This document shows positions 13,030 through 25,400 of a stretch of DNA of 64,000 bases, in pieces (positions within the stretch are counted from its first letter, which is position 1; each line of letters begins with the position of its first letter). Under the pieces are notes generated by a model. That model worked only from the letters and a program-made list of their open reading frames with translations. It was not told the origin of the DNA and searched no databases. Where the stretch lies: NCBI RefSeq assembly GCF_032444005.1, contig NC_091289.1, forward strand, positions 13,454,001 through 13,518,000, read 5' to 3'. A program made the translations under genes and the position numbers. Source of the stretch: Ranitomeya imitator. Its lineage: Eukaryota.

Positions 13030-13452
13030 GAAAGTAGGTCTCAACAAATAGGAAGAGGACGCTTATGTATAATGTCCGGACTGAGAAGGGCGAGGAAATC
13101 AATACCGAGACAATAATTTATCAGCAAGGATAAAGGTCGTCATGTTTTCGCTTGTTACAAAAGCAGAACCGATAATTACAGGATTCCTAATGTTTAACCC
13201 TTGGCCTGCCCAACTCATAATACACAGGCTTCCTTCTTCCCAAACCCCCCCCCCCCCTTCTTATAATTGTGGTAAATCACTAGTGACCTGCAGATCCCCA
13301 GCGGGAGGACTGAGCAGTGTAAAGCCAGGAGGACTGAAATATATTATGCCGTAGTGTTCCCATATGTTCAAGGCACCCACGTGGCAGAGAAGGGTTAATG
13401 GACTGTACAATGTAACGCCAATTCTGTCTGCAGCATAAAAAAGTCGCTACCC

Positions 13453-16400
13453 TTAACCAACGGAAGCCATGATGGCATCAACTGGATACTCCTCCTTACT
13501 CCGGGCTGTAACCTGCATAGTCACCGTGTCTGTCAGGACCAACTTTGCCCGTACCAAGATGTCATGGCCACCCCGAAATACACCTGTAAAAGAATCAGAA
13601 AGACTCAAAGCAATGGAGAACCTGTCCGTACCCATAGTACAATAAGTTGTGACAACTTGTAAATACATTATACTACTTATTGGGTATTGATCTGGTATTA
13701 TACTCCGGAGCTGAACTCACTATTCTGCTGGTGCAGTCACTGTGTACATACATTACATTACTGATCCTGAGTTACCTCCTGTATTATACCCCAGAGCTGC
13801 ACTCACTATTCTGCTGGTGCAGTCAGTGTGTACATAAATTACATTACTGATCCAGAGTTACATCCTGTATTATATTCCAGAGCTGCACTCACTATTCTGC
13901 TGGTGCAGTCACTGTGTATATACATTACATTACTGATCCTGAGTTACATCCTGTATTATACCCCAGAGCTGCACTCACTATTCTGCTGGTGCAGTCACTG
14001 TGTACATACATTACATTACTGATCCTGAGTTACCTCCTGTATTATACCCCAGAGCTGCACTCACTATTCTGCTGGTGCAGTCAGTGTGTACATACATTAC
14101 TGATCCTGAGTTACATCCTGTATTATACCCCAGAGCTGCACTCACTATTCTGCTGGTGCAGTCACTGTGTATACACATTACATTACTGATCCTTAGTAAA
14201 GTTACAGTCACATTTAGCGACGCTCCAGCAATATAGACAACGATCCGACCTAAACTAGATCGCTGGAGCGTCGCTGTTTAGGTCGCTGTAGAGATGTCAA
14301 ACACAGCAACTCCAGAACGATGCAGGAGCGATCCAGTGACGTACTTATCGTTCCCGCTGGTTGTTAGCTCTGTGAAAAAACATTGCTGGCATCGTTGCTT
14401 TTGCTGTCAAACATGACGAATCACGCCGACCTGACGACCAAATAAAGTTCTGGACTTTCAGCTACGACCAGCGATGTCACAGCAGGATCCTGATCGCTGC
14501 TGCGTGTCAAACACAACGAGATCGCTATCCAGGACGCTGCAACGTCACGGGTCGTTGTCGTTCTCGTTCAAGTTGCTCAGTGTGAAGGTACTTTTACCTC
14601 CTGTATTATACTCCAGAGCTGCACTCACTATTCTGCTGGTGCAGTCACTTTGTACATACATTCCTGATCCTGAGTTACATCCTGTATTATACCCCAGAGC
14701 TGCACTCACTATTCTGCTGGTGCAGTCACTGTGTACATACATTACATTACTGATCCTGAGTTACATCCTGTATTATACTTCAGAGCTGCACTCACTATTC
14801 TGCTGGTGCAGTCACTGTGTACATACATTACACTACTGATCCTGAGTTACACCCTGTATTATACCCCAGAGCTGCACTCACTATTCTGCTGGTGGAGTCA
14901 CTGTGTACATACATTACATTACTGATCCTGAGTTACATCCTGTATTATACCCCAGAGCTGCACTCACTATTCTGCTGGTGCAGTCACTGTGTACATACAT
15001 TACATTACTGATCCTGAGTTACATCCTGTATTATACCCCAGAGCTGCACTCACTATTCTGCTGGTGCAGTCACTGTGTACATATATTACGTTACTGATCC
15101 TGAGTCACCTCCTGTACTATACCCCAGAGCTGCACTCACTATTCTGCTGGTGCAGTCACTGTGTACACACATTACAATACTGATCCTGAGTTACATCCTG
15201 TATTATACTCCAGAGCTGCACTCACTATTCTGCTGGTGCAGTCACTGTGTACATACATTACATTACTGATCCTGAGTTACCTCCTGTATTATACCCCAGA
15301 GCTGCACTCACTATTCTGCTGGTGCAGTCACTGTGTACATACATTACTGATCCTGAGTTACATCCTGTATTATACCTCAGAGCTGCACTCACTATTCTGC
15401 ACATTTCAGCTAAAGACATTTCTTGCTGGCTTAATACTGACTGATATATACATATACAGATCAGTACCATGTTATTGTTATATATACTTCACCATTTGGA
15501 CCCAGTTCAGAGGGGACACTTACCTGCCAGGTAGAGGGTGTGAGCATTTTTGTTCTCGGGCACTTTATCAGACCTCTCACATGGCTGCATTCCCAGGAAC
15601 TTTATTACATTTCCAACCGCATCTGTGGATAAAACGACATCTCAGTCAGTCAGTTTTAGCCACAAGATAAATGATGGAAACCGAATAATATAGATAAAAT
15701 ACAATATACATTGGCCGCCGATTTCCGACTATTCAGCCTTCTACTGTATCAGTTGCACATAGAGGTTTTACCTTCCAGAGTTTTGATGGTGGAAAGGTTG
15801 AAAGTCTCTTCTTTTTCATATTCATCTCCCACCTCGTCCCAAGCAGCACCAAAGTTCGGCTTCAGAACTTTCTGTATGTGATCCACCACGGTTACCTCCA
15901 CGTCCTCCAGCTGCAGAAAAGGAACAGAAACTACTAAATTTCGCCCGACTCTACGTATCAGCGAGACTGATCGTCAGGAAAAGTACTGTTTTTTTTTTTT
16001 TTAAGACTATGAGACGCACCAGACCATCAGACGTATGTAACATTTTAGGGATGAATTATATATATATATATATAATCTTATAAAAATCTATTTTTTTTCC
16101 TAAGAGTATCCATCTTATGGTTCGAATTTAAGGTATCTTACCTGGTGGATGGCAGTGGAGCGGGAAGGGGGGAGGGTCACAGAAGAAGTGTGGCAATGCT
16201 GCGGGCCCCAAGTGGGAGAAGTGGGTGTCCTAGCGATGTAATGCTGCAGGCCCGATGTCAGCGGTGGGGCAGGGAGGAGTGCACTGCTTTCCCGATGCCA
16301 TTTTCCATTTCCGTGGGCCGCTGGAGGCCCGGGCAAGATGGCGCAAGCGACACCTCTGGCAGCAATTTCCCTGAAACCCGCGGCTTCAGGAAGATGGCCG

Positions 16401-19400
16401 CCAGAGGCTGCGCACACGCAGACTGGGATTTCAGCCCGGCCAAGATATCAATCCGAACAAACACCGCCTCTGGTGGCCATCATCCTGAAGCCATGGGCGC
16501 AAACGTCAGCAGCCCACGGCTTCAGGAAATTGACAGCTGGGAAAGCAATACATTCCACTTTGACTCACTGCTGACAGCATCGCACTGCTTCTACCGCCAC
16601 CGGTGTCTTGAGGAGACCCTGCCTCCTGTGATCCTGCTGCACCACTGCCGCAACCACCAGATAAGCTACATTCAGACTATAAGATGGACCTTCCATTTCC
16701 CCCCTAATGTGGGGGAAAAAACGTGTGTCTTCTAGTCAGAAAAATCCAGTAGTTAGAGACAACTATCCCCATTAAATAGCTCTTCTCCTCCCTATTGGCA
16801 GTCATCCTTCATGCCACTGCTGTCATTTGGCTCCTACCCCCAGACAGCAAGGATGAAAAGTTGGGTGAAACCACCTACTTACCACGTACTCATCGTCGTA
16901 ACCCTCTTCATCAGCTTCACCAGTGTTAGGATCACAGTCCTTAACAGTAAACTTCAACATGCAGCTGAATGTGCATGAATCTAGAAGAGAAGGACCAAAT
17001 AAAAAGGAATTGAAAAAGTTTAAAATTGGAGTCTGATGGTGAAGTGCAGACAATAATAATAATATTATTATATGATTGTTAGTTGGCCCCCAGTCCTTAC
17101 AGGCAGAGAGATCTTCCTCAGGGATAGAGAGCAGCGTGTAGCAGGTCCCGGGCTGGTTGTACGACAGAGACTTTGCCGGCACACAGCAGATGACTTCATA
17201 TCCCTCTATGGGCTCCATCTGTACAGTGACGTTCTCCAGGATCTGATCGTTCAGTGTATTGGTGCAATCGAACTATGAAAGAGAAAAGAGATCAGTAAAA
17301 AGTGGACGTCAGGCTCGATATCGTGGGCACAGCAGCCACCGCAGGAATCTCACCTGGAACACTATGTGATTGGCGAACGTGTGCTTCGTGCATCGGACGA
17401 CGTATTCTGTCTCGGATTCGGTAAGGGCCACGGGTTCAGGAGACGACTTGAATAGAGCGCCGAGGCTCTTAAATTCAGGAACAGCAGCAAGTTGCTCTGA
17501 ACAAAAGTTAACAAAAAAAATGCATTACCATTGTATCGGATTTGCAAGAGAGTATGTGCCTTGCAAATCCCACAAATATCCGGGTTTGTGGTGGAATTTA
17601 CTATAAGGGGTAACTTACCTTGGAATATGTCCTGCCTGGTAGATACCACTTTTTCCGGCTGCCTTACTGCTGTGGCCGGTGCATTTTCTGTTAAACAATA
17701 GACCGTACTAGTCAGTGCACAAATCAAATGAATGTAGAATTTATGCCTGAACACGCAGAAACATTAGTTTATGTTTTTATGAGAGTATTCATCTATATAA
17801 ATATTCGATATGTCCGATCAATGTCTAGTCTTCAGCTTCTACATCAGACAAAGTCCAATGTAGCCTTTTAATGTAGCTATCAATAACACACGAGCAGGAC
17901 TGCATTGGGGAAGAAGGATGGGGCTGCTCGATAATGTCAGTAATCGCAGTGCTGTGCGTTTTCTAACGACAGGATGACCGACCTGCTCTCTGTTCCGCTA
18001 TGGGTGTGGTGGCCAATGGCACGGCCTTCAGGTCGAACGGCTTTTCGGAAGGATCCAGCGTGTACTGATGTAACGCCCGCTCCAATCCAGGGACGGACAC
18101 CGTTAATCCTGCGATCAGAAAAGAATTACGCCATGTAGCCGTCCTGTCTGGAGTTGCCAGTAATGGAAAACATTTACAGGAAATCAATGAACGCACCGTT
18201 AAGGATGTAGGAAGAATTCAGAACCTTTTGCCTTTGCTCCAAAATGTTCAGATAGAATGTAGCTCGATCTCTCACTTCATTGTCGTCATCCATTACACAT
18301 CTGTAAAAGACAAAAATATAATAATAATAGGTAAGAAACTAAAAAAAGATTCCTTACTTCATTCACCTCATAGGTGAAAACTGCAAAAAAATGCAACTCC
18401 TGTTCCTGGTTGTGTCTGGTATTGCAGCTCAAGCCCCACTGCAGTAAACGAGGCTGGGCTGCAGTACCATATGTGACCAGAGTGGCGCCGATTGTTTTTT
18501 TTTACCGCATAAATTCATTTTACAGATGAAAAGTTTCCTTTTAAGGGCCGTGGTCACACTTCCGAGTGCAATGCGAGAAACTCGCGTATCAATATCCGGG
18601 CACTGCCGCCGGCACTCAGTACCGAAGCGTGCGGCTGTATAGAAATACATGCAGATGCACGCTCCGGTCCCGAGTGCCAGCGGCAGTGCCGGGTGTTGAT
18701 GCGAAAGACACGCATTGCACACACAAGCGTGACCACGGCCTAAGACTGAGAAAGTTACTGACATGCAGAAACAATACATCGATTTACATACCTTCTCAAC
18801 AACACCAAAATGCTGGGCAACACGTCTTCATTTTGAGCACCAAATTTGGCCAAAGCACTGACAGCACCTACCAAACAGAATGGATAGCAGAATCAGAATG
18901 AAAAGGTCAGGACTTCTGTATAAACCCGAGACCCCGTGCGTTCCTCACCTGCTCGAACCTCCTCGTTCTCCAGTATAACTCTGTTGTAGATGAAGCGGAT
19001 ATATTTGGACGGACTGCTGGTTCTGGGACCTTCCTGTCCCAGGAGGTGGAGGATGCGAGTGGCCAGAACGGTGAACTCGCAGTCCTCTATGAACTCGCAC
19101 AGATGGGACAGTCCGGTCTCTTTGCTTTCTGGATTCTCCTCAATGATGCTGATGATACAGTCGACAATGGCTCTTTTGTAGTCAAATCCGCCCTGTGTTC
19201 AAAGGAAATATTAAAATTACTTAAATACGGACCAATTAATTGCCATCTCTTTCAACTTCATAATTGATTTTACCTCTTCCCTGAGCATGGTGAATAGGAA
19301 GTTCATCATGACGGCATGCTTACGGGGATACTTGTGACACAGAGCATTGATCGCTTGTACCACCACCACCTAGAAAACAAAATATGGGATATTAGACTTC

Positions 19401-22400
19401 AATAAACATGTACAGCTACTAACACACATTGCTCCGCTATAAGCTGGAGCTGTTGCTTCTCAGTCTTATGCCAGCGATCTTGAGGCTCCTCTAGTGACAA
19501 CTTGAAGTTGCCTTCGATTTAAAAAAAAAAAAAAAAAAAGCATTTGCCTTTTACCCTACATTTATTATGCTCTGGGGCCACAAGACACATGCAATGTGAA
19601 TAGAATTTCTGGAGAGAATCTGTACAATTATACTTTTGCAGATCAATGTCCTCCCTTCTTGTGATCGGTGGGGGATGGGTACTTAATGCTTCTGACCAGC
19701 CCAGCCATCTCATAGAGGATTTAGAATCACACCTTGAACTCGTCTGAGATTTCAGACATGAAAGATGAGATCTGTTTCATGAGTCGGTCGATGCTGCTCT
19801 CGCTGCCAGTCTTCAGCAGCGTGGTGATGGCCAAGGTGGCAATGCTGCGGTTGGAGTCGGTCACCAGATTCTCTAAGTCCAAGTTGCAGGCAGTGACGGC
19901 TGACGGGTGTTTCATGGCGACCTGTAACCGTCCAGATAAAGCAATAATCAATCATCACAGTTCTATATTAATATGCACTGAGGTTGTTATTACTGGATCT
20001 ATTCCATGACACCAGATAACAGCTCCGCACCTTATTAAGTGTCCTGACCGCAGCGTAACGAAGGGCGGCTTTTGGAGAACTGCAAAACAGCTGCAAAACT
20101 AAGAAGAAAAACAAAAACAGAACCAAATCGGTAAACGTTGTGCACAAGCCACGGCTGCGATAAAAATGGAAGAAATTTAAGATTTAAAAGTCGTCTGACT
20201 GCGCAGTATACACCCATGGTCTGTGTCCCCCAATGAGGCGAAGGAGAAAGTTAAATTATCTACTGACTAGTACGTCATCGAAACCAGAAAAACATTACAA
20301 CATGCCCAGAATATTAATCTCATGGAGAAGCGCTCGTTTTTTTCCTTACAAGAACCATAACTTTTTTATTTTTTGAAGTTTGGATCGTATTTTGGCTTTT
20401 TTTGCAGAACAAGTTGGTTTTGACTGACACTATAAAATATACTGAAAAATGAGGTGAAATGGTGAAAATAAAAGAGTTGTCACCAAAAATGTTTGTTTCC
20501 ATTTTATCAGTTGTGTACCTTCTATTTTCCCATCGATGGAGTTGTACTACAGTTTGTGCTCTGCGTGCTGACCTGTAGCTTTTATTGGTACGCATGCATA
20601 TGTCTTGATTGTTTGTGAGTGCAATTTTTTAGGAGGAGTAAAACAACCAGCAGTTCTGCGGTTTTATTTATTTTGTCCTGTTTACGGAGTTTCCCGTATG
20701 TGTTAAATTATTTCAGATTTTTATAGATAGGACTTTTATGGACTACGCAGTATCAAATCAAATGGATCATGTTGGGAATGGTGGGGTTGCAGGGTGCAAT
20801 GGGCACCGCTAAGGTGGCGTTATGCAAATTCAGCACTTAAATGCCGCAGTAAGAGATTAGCAACAGCATTTAGGTTGTTAAACAGCAGCGATCGGAGCTA
20901 ACCCTGATCATTAGAAGCAGTTGCTGGCTGCATAACACAACCAGCAGCAGCTCAGCTCATGAATGTCACACGCCGGGAAGGGGTTAACCAGGCTATAGCG
21001 CTACTGATCCTACTCACCAGACACAGCGGGTGCCAGCTCTTTGGCAGTGCAGGAGGGCAGGTTAACAATGGCAGAAGCAGCTTCATAAACCACCATCTCA
21101 TGCTTGTTTCGTAGGCAGCTCTCGATGAAATCAAACAGCGGACTGTCCCGGCTGGAAAGAAGCATAAAGTTATTACCCATCCTCACGCACAATATACAGG
21201 GATCACCTAATCACTGAGCCACTTACTTTCCATCTTCCTCCTCCAGGAGTTTGCTGGCCACCCGAATCATCATACAGTATGCGAATGGAGACTTCAGGCC
21301 GTGACGCATGAACTTACTCAGCATCTTGTTGACGGAGAGACGATCGTTCTTACGGACGTGGTACAGCAATCCCAGAGCGTGGTACTGAGGATCAGAAAGA
21401 CGGGAGGCGATTATTCCCAATGTGACGTGTTCTGCGACCAGAGGGGGATTTATACAAAGCTCACCTGCACCATGATGTTATCACTGGACGCTGCTTCCTG
21501 CGCTTCATTCACCCAACGCTTCACTACGTCAAAACTGGTCTTCAGCAAGTGCTGAGGGGGTTAAACACCAAGGAAAATAACCTCCATTATACATCTGCTT
21601 AGATATAAAGGCTGTGTTCACACACTGCGGCAGAAAACCATTGCAGCCACTGTGGTCTTCTAATTACTCCTTTGCACGATCTCTACTTTTCGTTGAGATT
21701 TCACAGGTAAAACTGCCGCATGACTTACCAGGGAGGAGACCAGAGCGGAGCTGGACACGCTTGGCACTTTATCCACGATGGCCTGTTTCATGTAGCGTTC
21801 AATGGCCTGCAGCATGGTGCTCTGATAAAATAAAGGCATAGCGGCGTGACAACGGGAAACTGGGGAAAAGGAAGGTAACAGCCAACCAGCAGGAAACATG
21901 ACTTACATCTGTGATTTTACACAAGGCTCTCACGGCGGGACCCCTGTAGCTGTCATCCTTCCCGGTCATGTCTTTGGTTAAACTGCAAGCCAAATATCAA
22001 CCTATAATCTCCGCCATAAATTATACTGAATTGCATGTGTGTCACTTATAACTAATAGTCTAAACGTAATAGATGGCGCATCTTACCTGCTGGTGACGAT
22101 GATCACATCCTCAGAGATACTCGCCATCTCCTTTATGGTGAGGTAGCACATCCTGCGCAGGGTCGGCTGGGTGAGGAAAACAGGATCAAATGTATTAGGA
22201 TTGTACTAATATCCCAAAACAAAAGTCATAAAACTTTCTCATTTATTTTGTGGATAAATACAGTGAGGCAAAAAAGTATTTAGTCAGTCAGCAATAGTGC
22301 AAGTTCCACCACTTAAAAAGATGAGAGGCGTCTGTAATTTACATCATAGGTAGACCTCAACTATGGGAGACAAACTGAGAAAAAAAAATCCAGAAAATCA

Positions 22401-25400
22401 CATTGTCTGTTTTTTTAACAATTTATTTGCATATTATGGTGGAAAGTAAGTATTTGGTCAGAAACAAAATTTCATCTCAATACTTTGTAATATATCCTTT
22501 GTTGGCAATGACAGAGGTCAAACGTTTTTTGTAAGTCTTCACAAGGTTGCCACACACTGTTGTTGGTATGTTGGCCCATTCCTCCATGCAGATCTCCTCT
22601 AGAGCAGTGATGTTTTTGGCTTTTCGCTTGGCAACACAGACTTTCAACTCCCTCCAAAGGTTTTCTATAGGGTTGAGATCTGGAGACTGGCTAGGCCACT
22701 CCAGGACCTTGAAATGCTTCTTACGAAGCCACTCCTTCGTTGCCCTGGCGGTGTGCTTTGGATCATTGTCATGTTGAAAGACCCAGCCACGTTTCATCTT
22801 CAATGCCCTTGCTGATGGAAGGAGGTTTGCACTCAAAATCTCACGATACATGGCCCCATTCATTCTTTCATGTACCCGGATCAGTCGTCCTGGCCCCTTT
22901 GCAGAGAAACAGCCCCAAAGCATGATGTTTCCACCACCATGCTTTACAGTAGGTATGGTGTTTGATGGATGCAGCTCAGTATTCTTTTTCCTCCAAACAT
23001 GACAAGTTGTGTTTCTACCAAACAGTTCCAGTTTGGTTTCATCAGACCATAGGACATTCTCCCAAAACTCCTCTGGATCATCCAAATGCTCTCTAGCAAA
23101 CTTCAGACGGGCCCGGACATGTACTGGCTTAAGCAGTGGGACACGTCTGGCACTGCAGGATCTGAGTCCATGGTGGCGTAGTGTGTTACTTATGGTAGGC
23201 CTTGTTACATTGGTCCCAGCTCTCTGCAGTTCATTCACTAGGTCCCCCCGCGTGGTTCTGGGATTTTTGCTCACCGTTCTTGTGATCATTCTGACCCCAC
23301 GGGGTGGGATTTTGCATGGAGCCCCAGATCGAGGGAGATTATCAGTGGTCTTGTATGTCTTCCATTTTCTAATTATTGCTCCCACTGTTGATTTCTTCAC
23401 TCCAAGCTGGTTGGCTATTGCAGATTCAGTCTTCCCAGCCTGGTGCAGGGCTACAATTTTGTTTCTGGTGTCCTTTGACAGCTCTTTGGTCTTCACCATA
23501 GTGGAGTTTGGAGTCAGACTGTTTGAGGGTGTGCACAGGTGTCTTTTTATACTGATAACAAGTTTAAACAGGTGCCATTACTACAGGTAATGAGTGGAGG
23601 AAAGAGGAGACTCTTAAAGAAGAAGTTACAGGTCTGTGAGAGCCAGAAATCTTGATTGTTTGTTTCTGACCAAATACTTATTTTCCACCATAATATGCAA
23701 ATAAATTGTTAAAAAAACAGACAATGTGATTTTCTGGATTTTTTTTTCTCAGTTTGTCTCCCATAGTTGAGGTCTACCTATGATGTAAATTACAGACGCC
23801 TCTCATCTTTTTAAGTGGTGGAACTTGCACTATTGCTGTCTGACTAAATACTTTTTTGCCCCACTGTACATCACAGACAAAAACCTGCGTAAGCATCGAT
23901 ACGTATCAGGAAATTATAAGTTGGAGAAAAACAGAAAACGCTTCATTGCAACCCTGGAGCTGAATCTACAATCCGCCCTGAGACAGGACCTGAGCACAAT
24001 TACAAGGTTTCTGTAAGTGGCAGGAATCACTCACATCGTTTGACTGGAACAATTTGGTCATGGCAAAAAAAGCTTCTGTAGCTTCTGTGGCTCCCATGTG
24101 CTCCCCCTGCGGGGAAGAGAAAAGATCAATGTAAGTACGGTATATAGAAGGGACGGGAACACAGCTCAGTGAGGAGAAGGCAAAAGAAGGGCGGAATCCA
24201 CCCTAAAGGGAGTCTGCCCCACCAAAATAAAATATATGGGGAGAAAGCCCCTAATAAAAAAAAAAATAATAATCTTAGCACTGTACCTGTCAGTCATACA
24301 TTGCCTGAGAAAAGTACTAATGTGCATGCAAATAAGGAGGCTTTAGTGCACCCTTGGCGAGGCTGAGAGTGTAGTGCACTGTAATACCCACCTAACTTTG
24401 CATGTGGAAGGTCTTCCCCTGATTCTGCCAACTTCCCAGAGTGAGCACAGTCTCCACCCAGACCCCCCGAGAGCGCGTGTGCAGAGTCTCAACCCAGCCC
24501 CCTGAGAACATGTGTTCAGTCTCAACCCAGCCCCCCCCCCCACGAGAGCATGTGTGCGCAATCTTAGCCCAACCCCCCGAGAGCGCGTGTGCAGTCTCAA
24601 CCCAGGCCCCCCCCCCTCCCGAGAGAGCGTGTGTGCGCAGTCTCAACCCAGCACCCTGAGAACATGTGTGCAGTCTCAACCCATCCCCCACCAGAGAGCG
24701 CGTGCGCAGTCACAACCCATCCCCCTGAGAGAGCGTGCGCAGTCACAACCCAACCCCCTGAGAGCGCGTGCGCAGTCACAACCCAACCCCCTGAGAGCGT
24801 GTGCAGTCACAACCCATCCCCCAGAGAGCACGTGTGCAGTCACAACCCATCCCCTAGAGAGCACGTGTGCAGTCACAACCCATCCCCCAGAGAGCGCGTG
24901 TGCAGTCACAACCCATCCCCCACCAGAGAGCGCGTGTGCAGTCACAACCCATCCCCAGAGAGCGTGTGTGCAGTCACAACCCATCCCCCAGAGAGCACGT
25001 GTGCAGTCACAACCCATCCCCCAGAGAGCACGTGTGCAGTCACAACCCATCCCCCAGAGAGCACGTGTGCAGTCACAACCCATCCCCCAAAGAGCACGTG
25101 TGCAGTCACAACCCATCCCCCACCAGAGAGCGCGTGTGCAGTCACAACCCATCCCGAGAGCGCGTGTGCAGTCACAACCCATCCCCCACCAGAGAGCGCG
25201 TGTGCAGTCACAACCCATCCCCAGAGAGCGTGTGTGCAGTCACAACCCATCCCCCAGAGAGCACGTGTGCAGTCACAACCCATCCCCCAGAGAGCACGTG
25301 TGCAGTCACAACCCATCCCCCTGAGAGCGCGTGTGCAGTCACAACCCATCCCCTAGAGAGCGCGTGTGTGCAGACACAACCCATCCCCCTGAGAGCGTGT

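Noticed and set aside
16115-16135. tRNA B-box-like GGTTCGAAT
   Set aside because: No cloverleaf or A box; lies inside a decayed DNA transposon.
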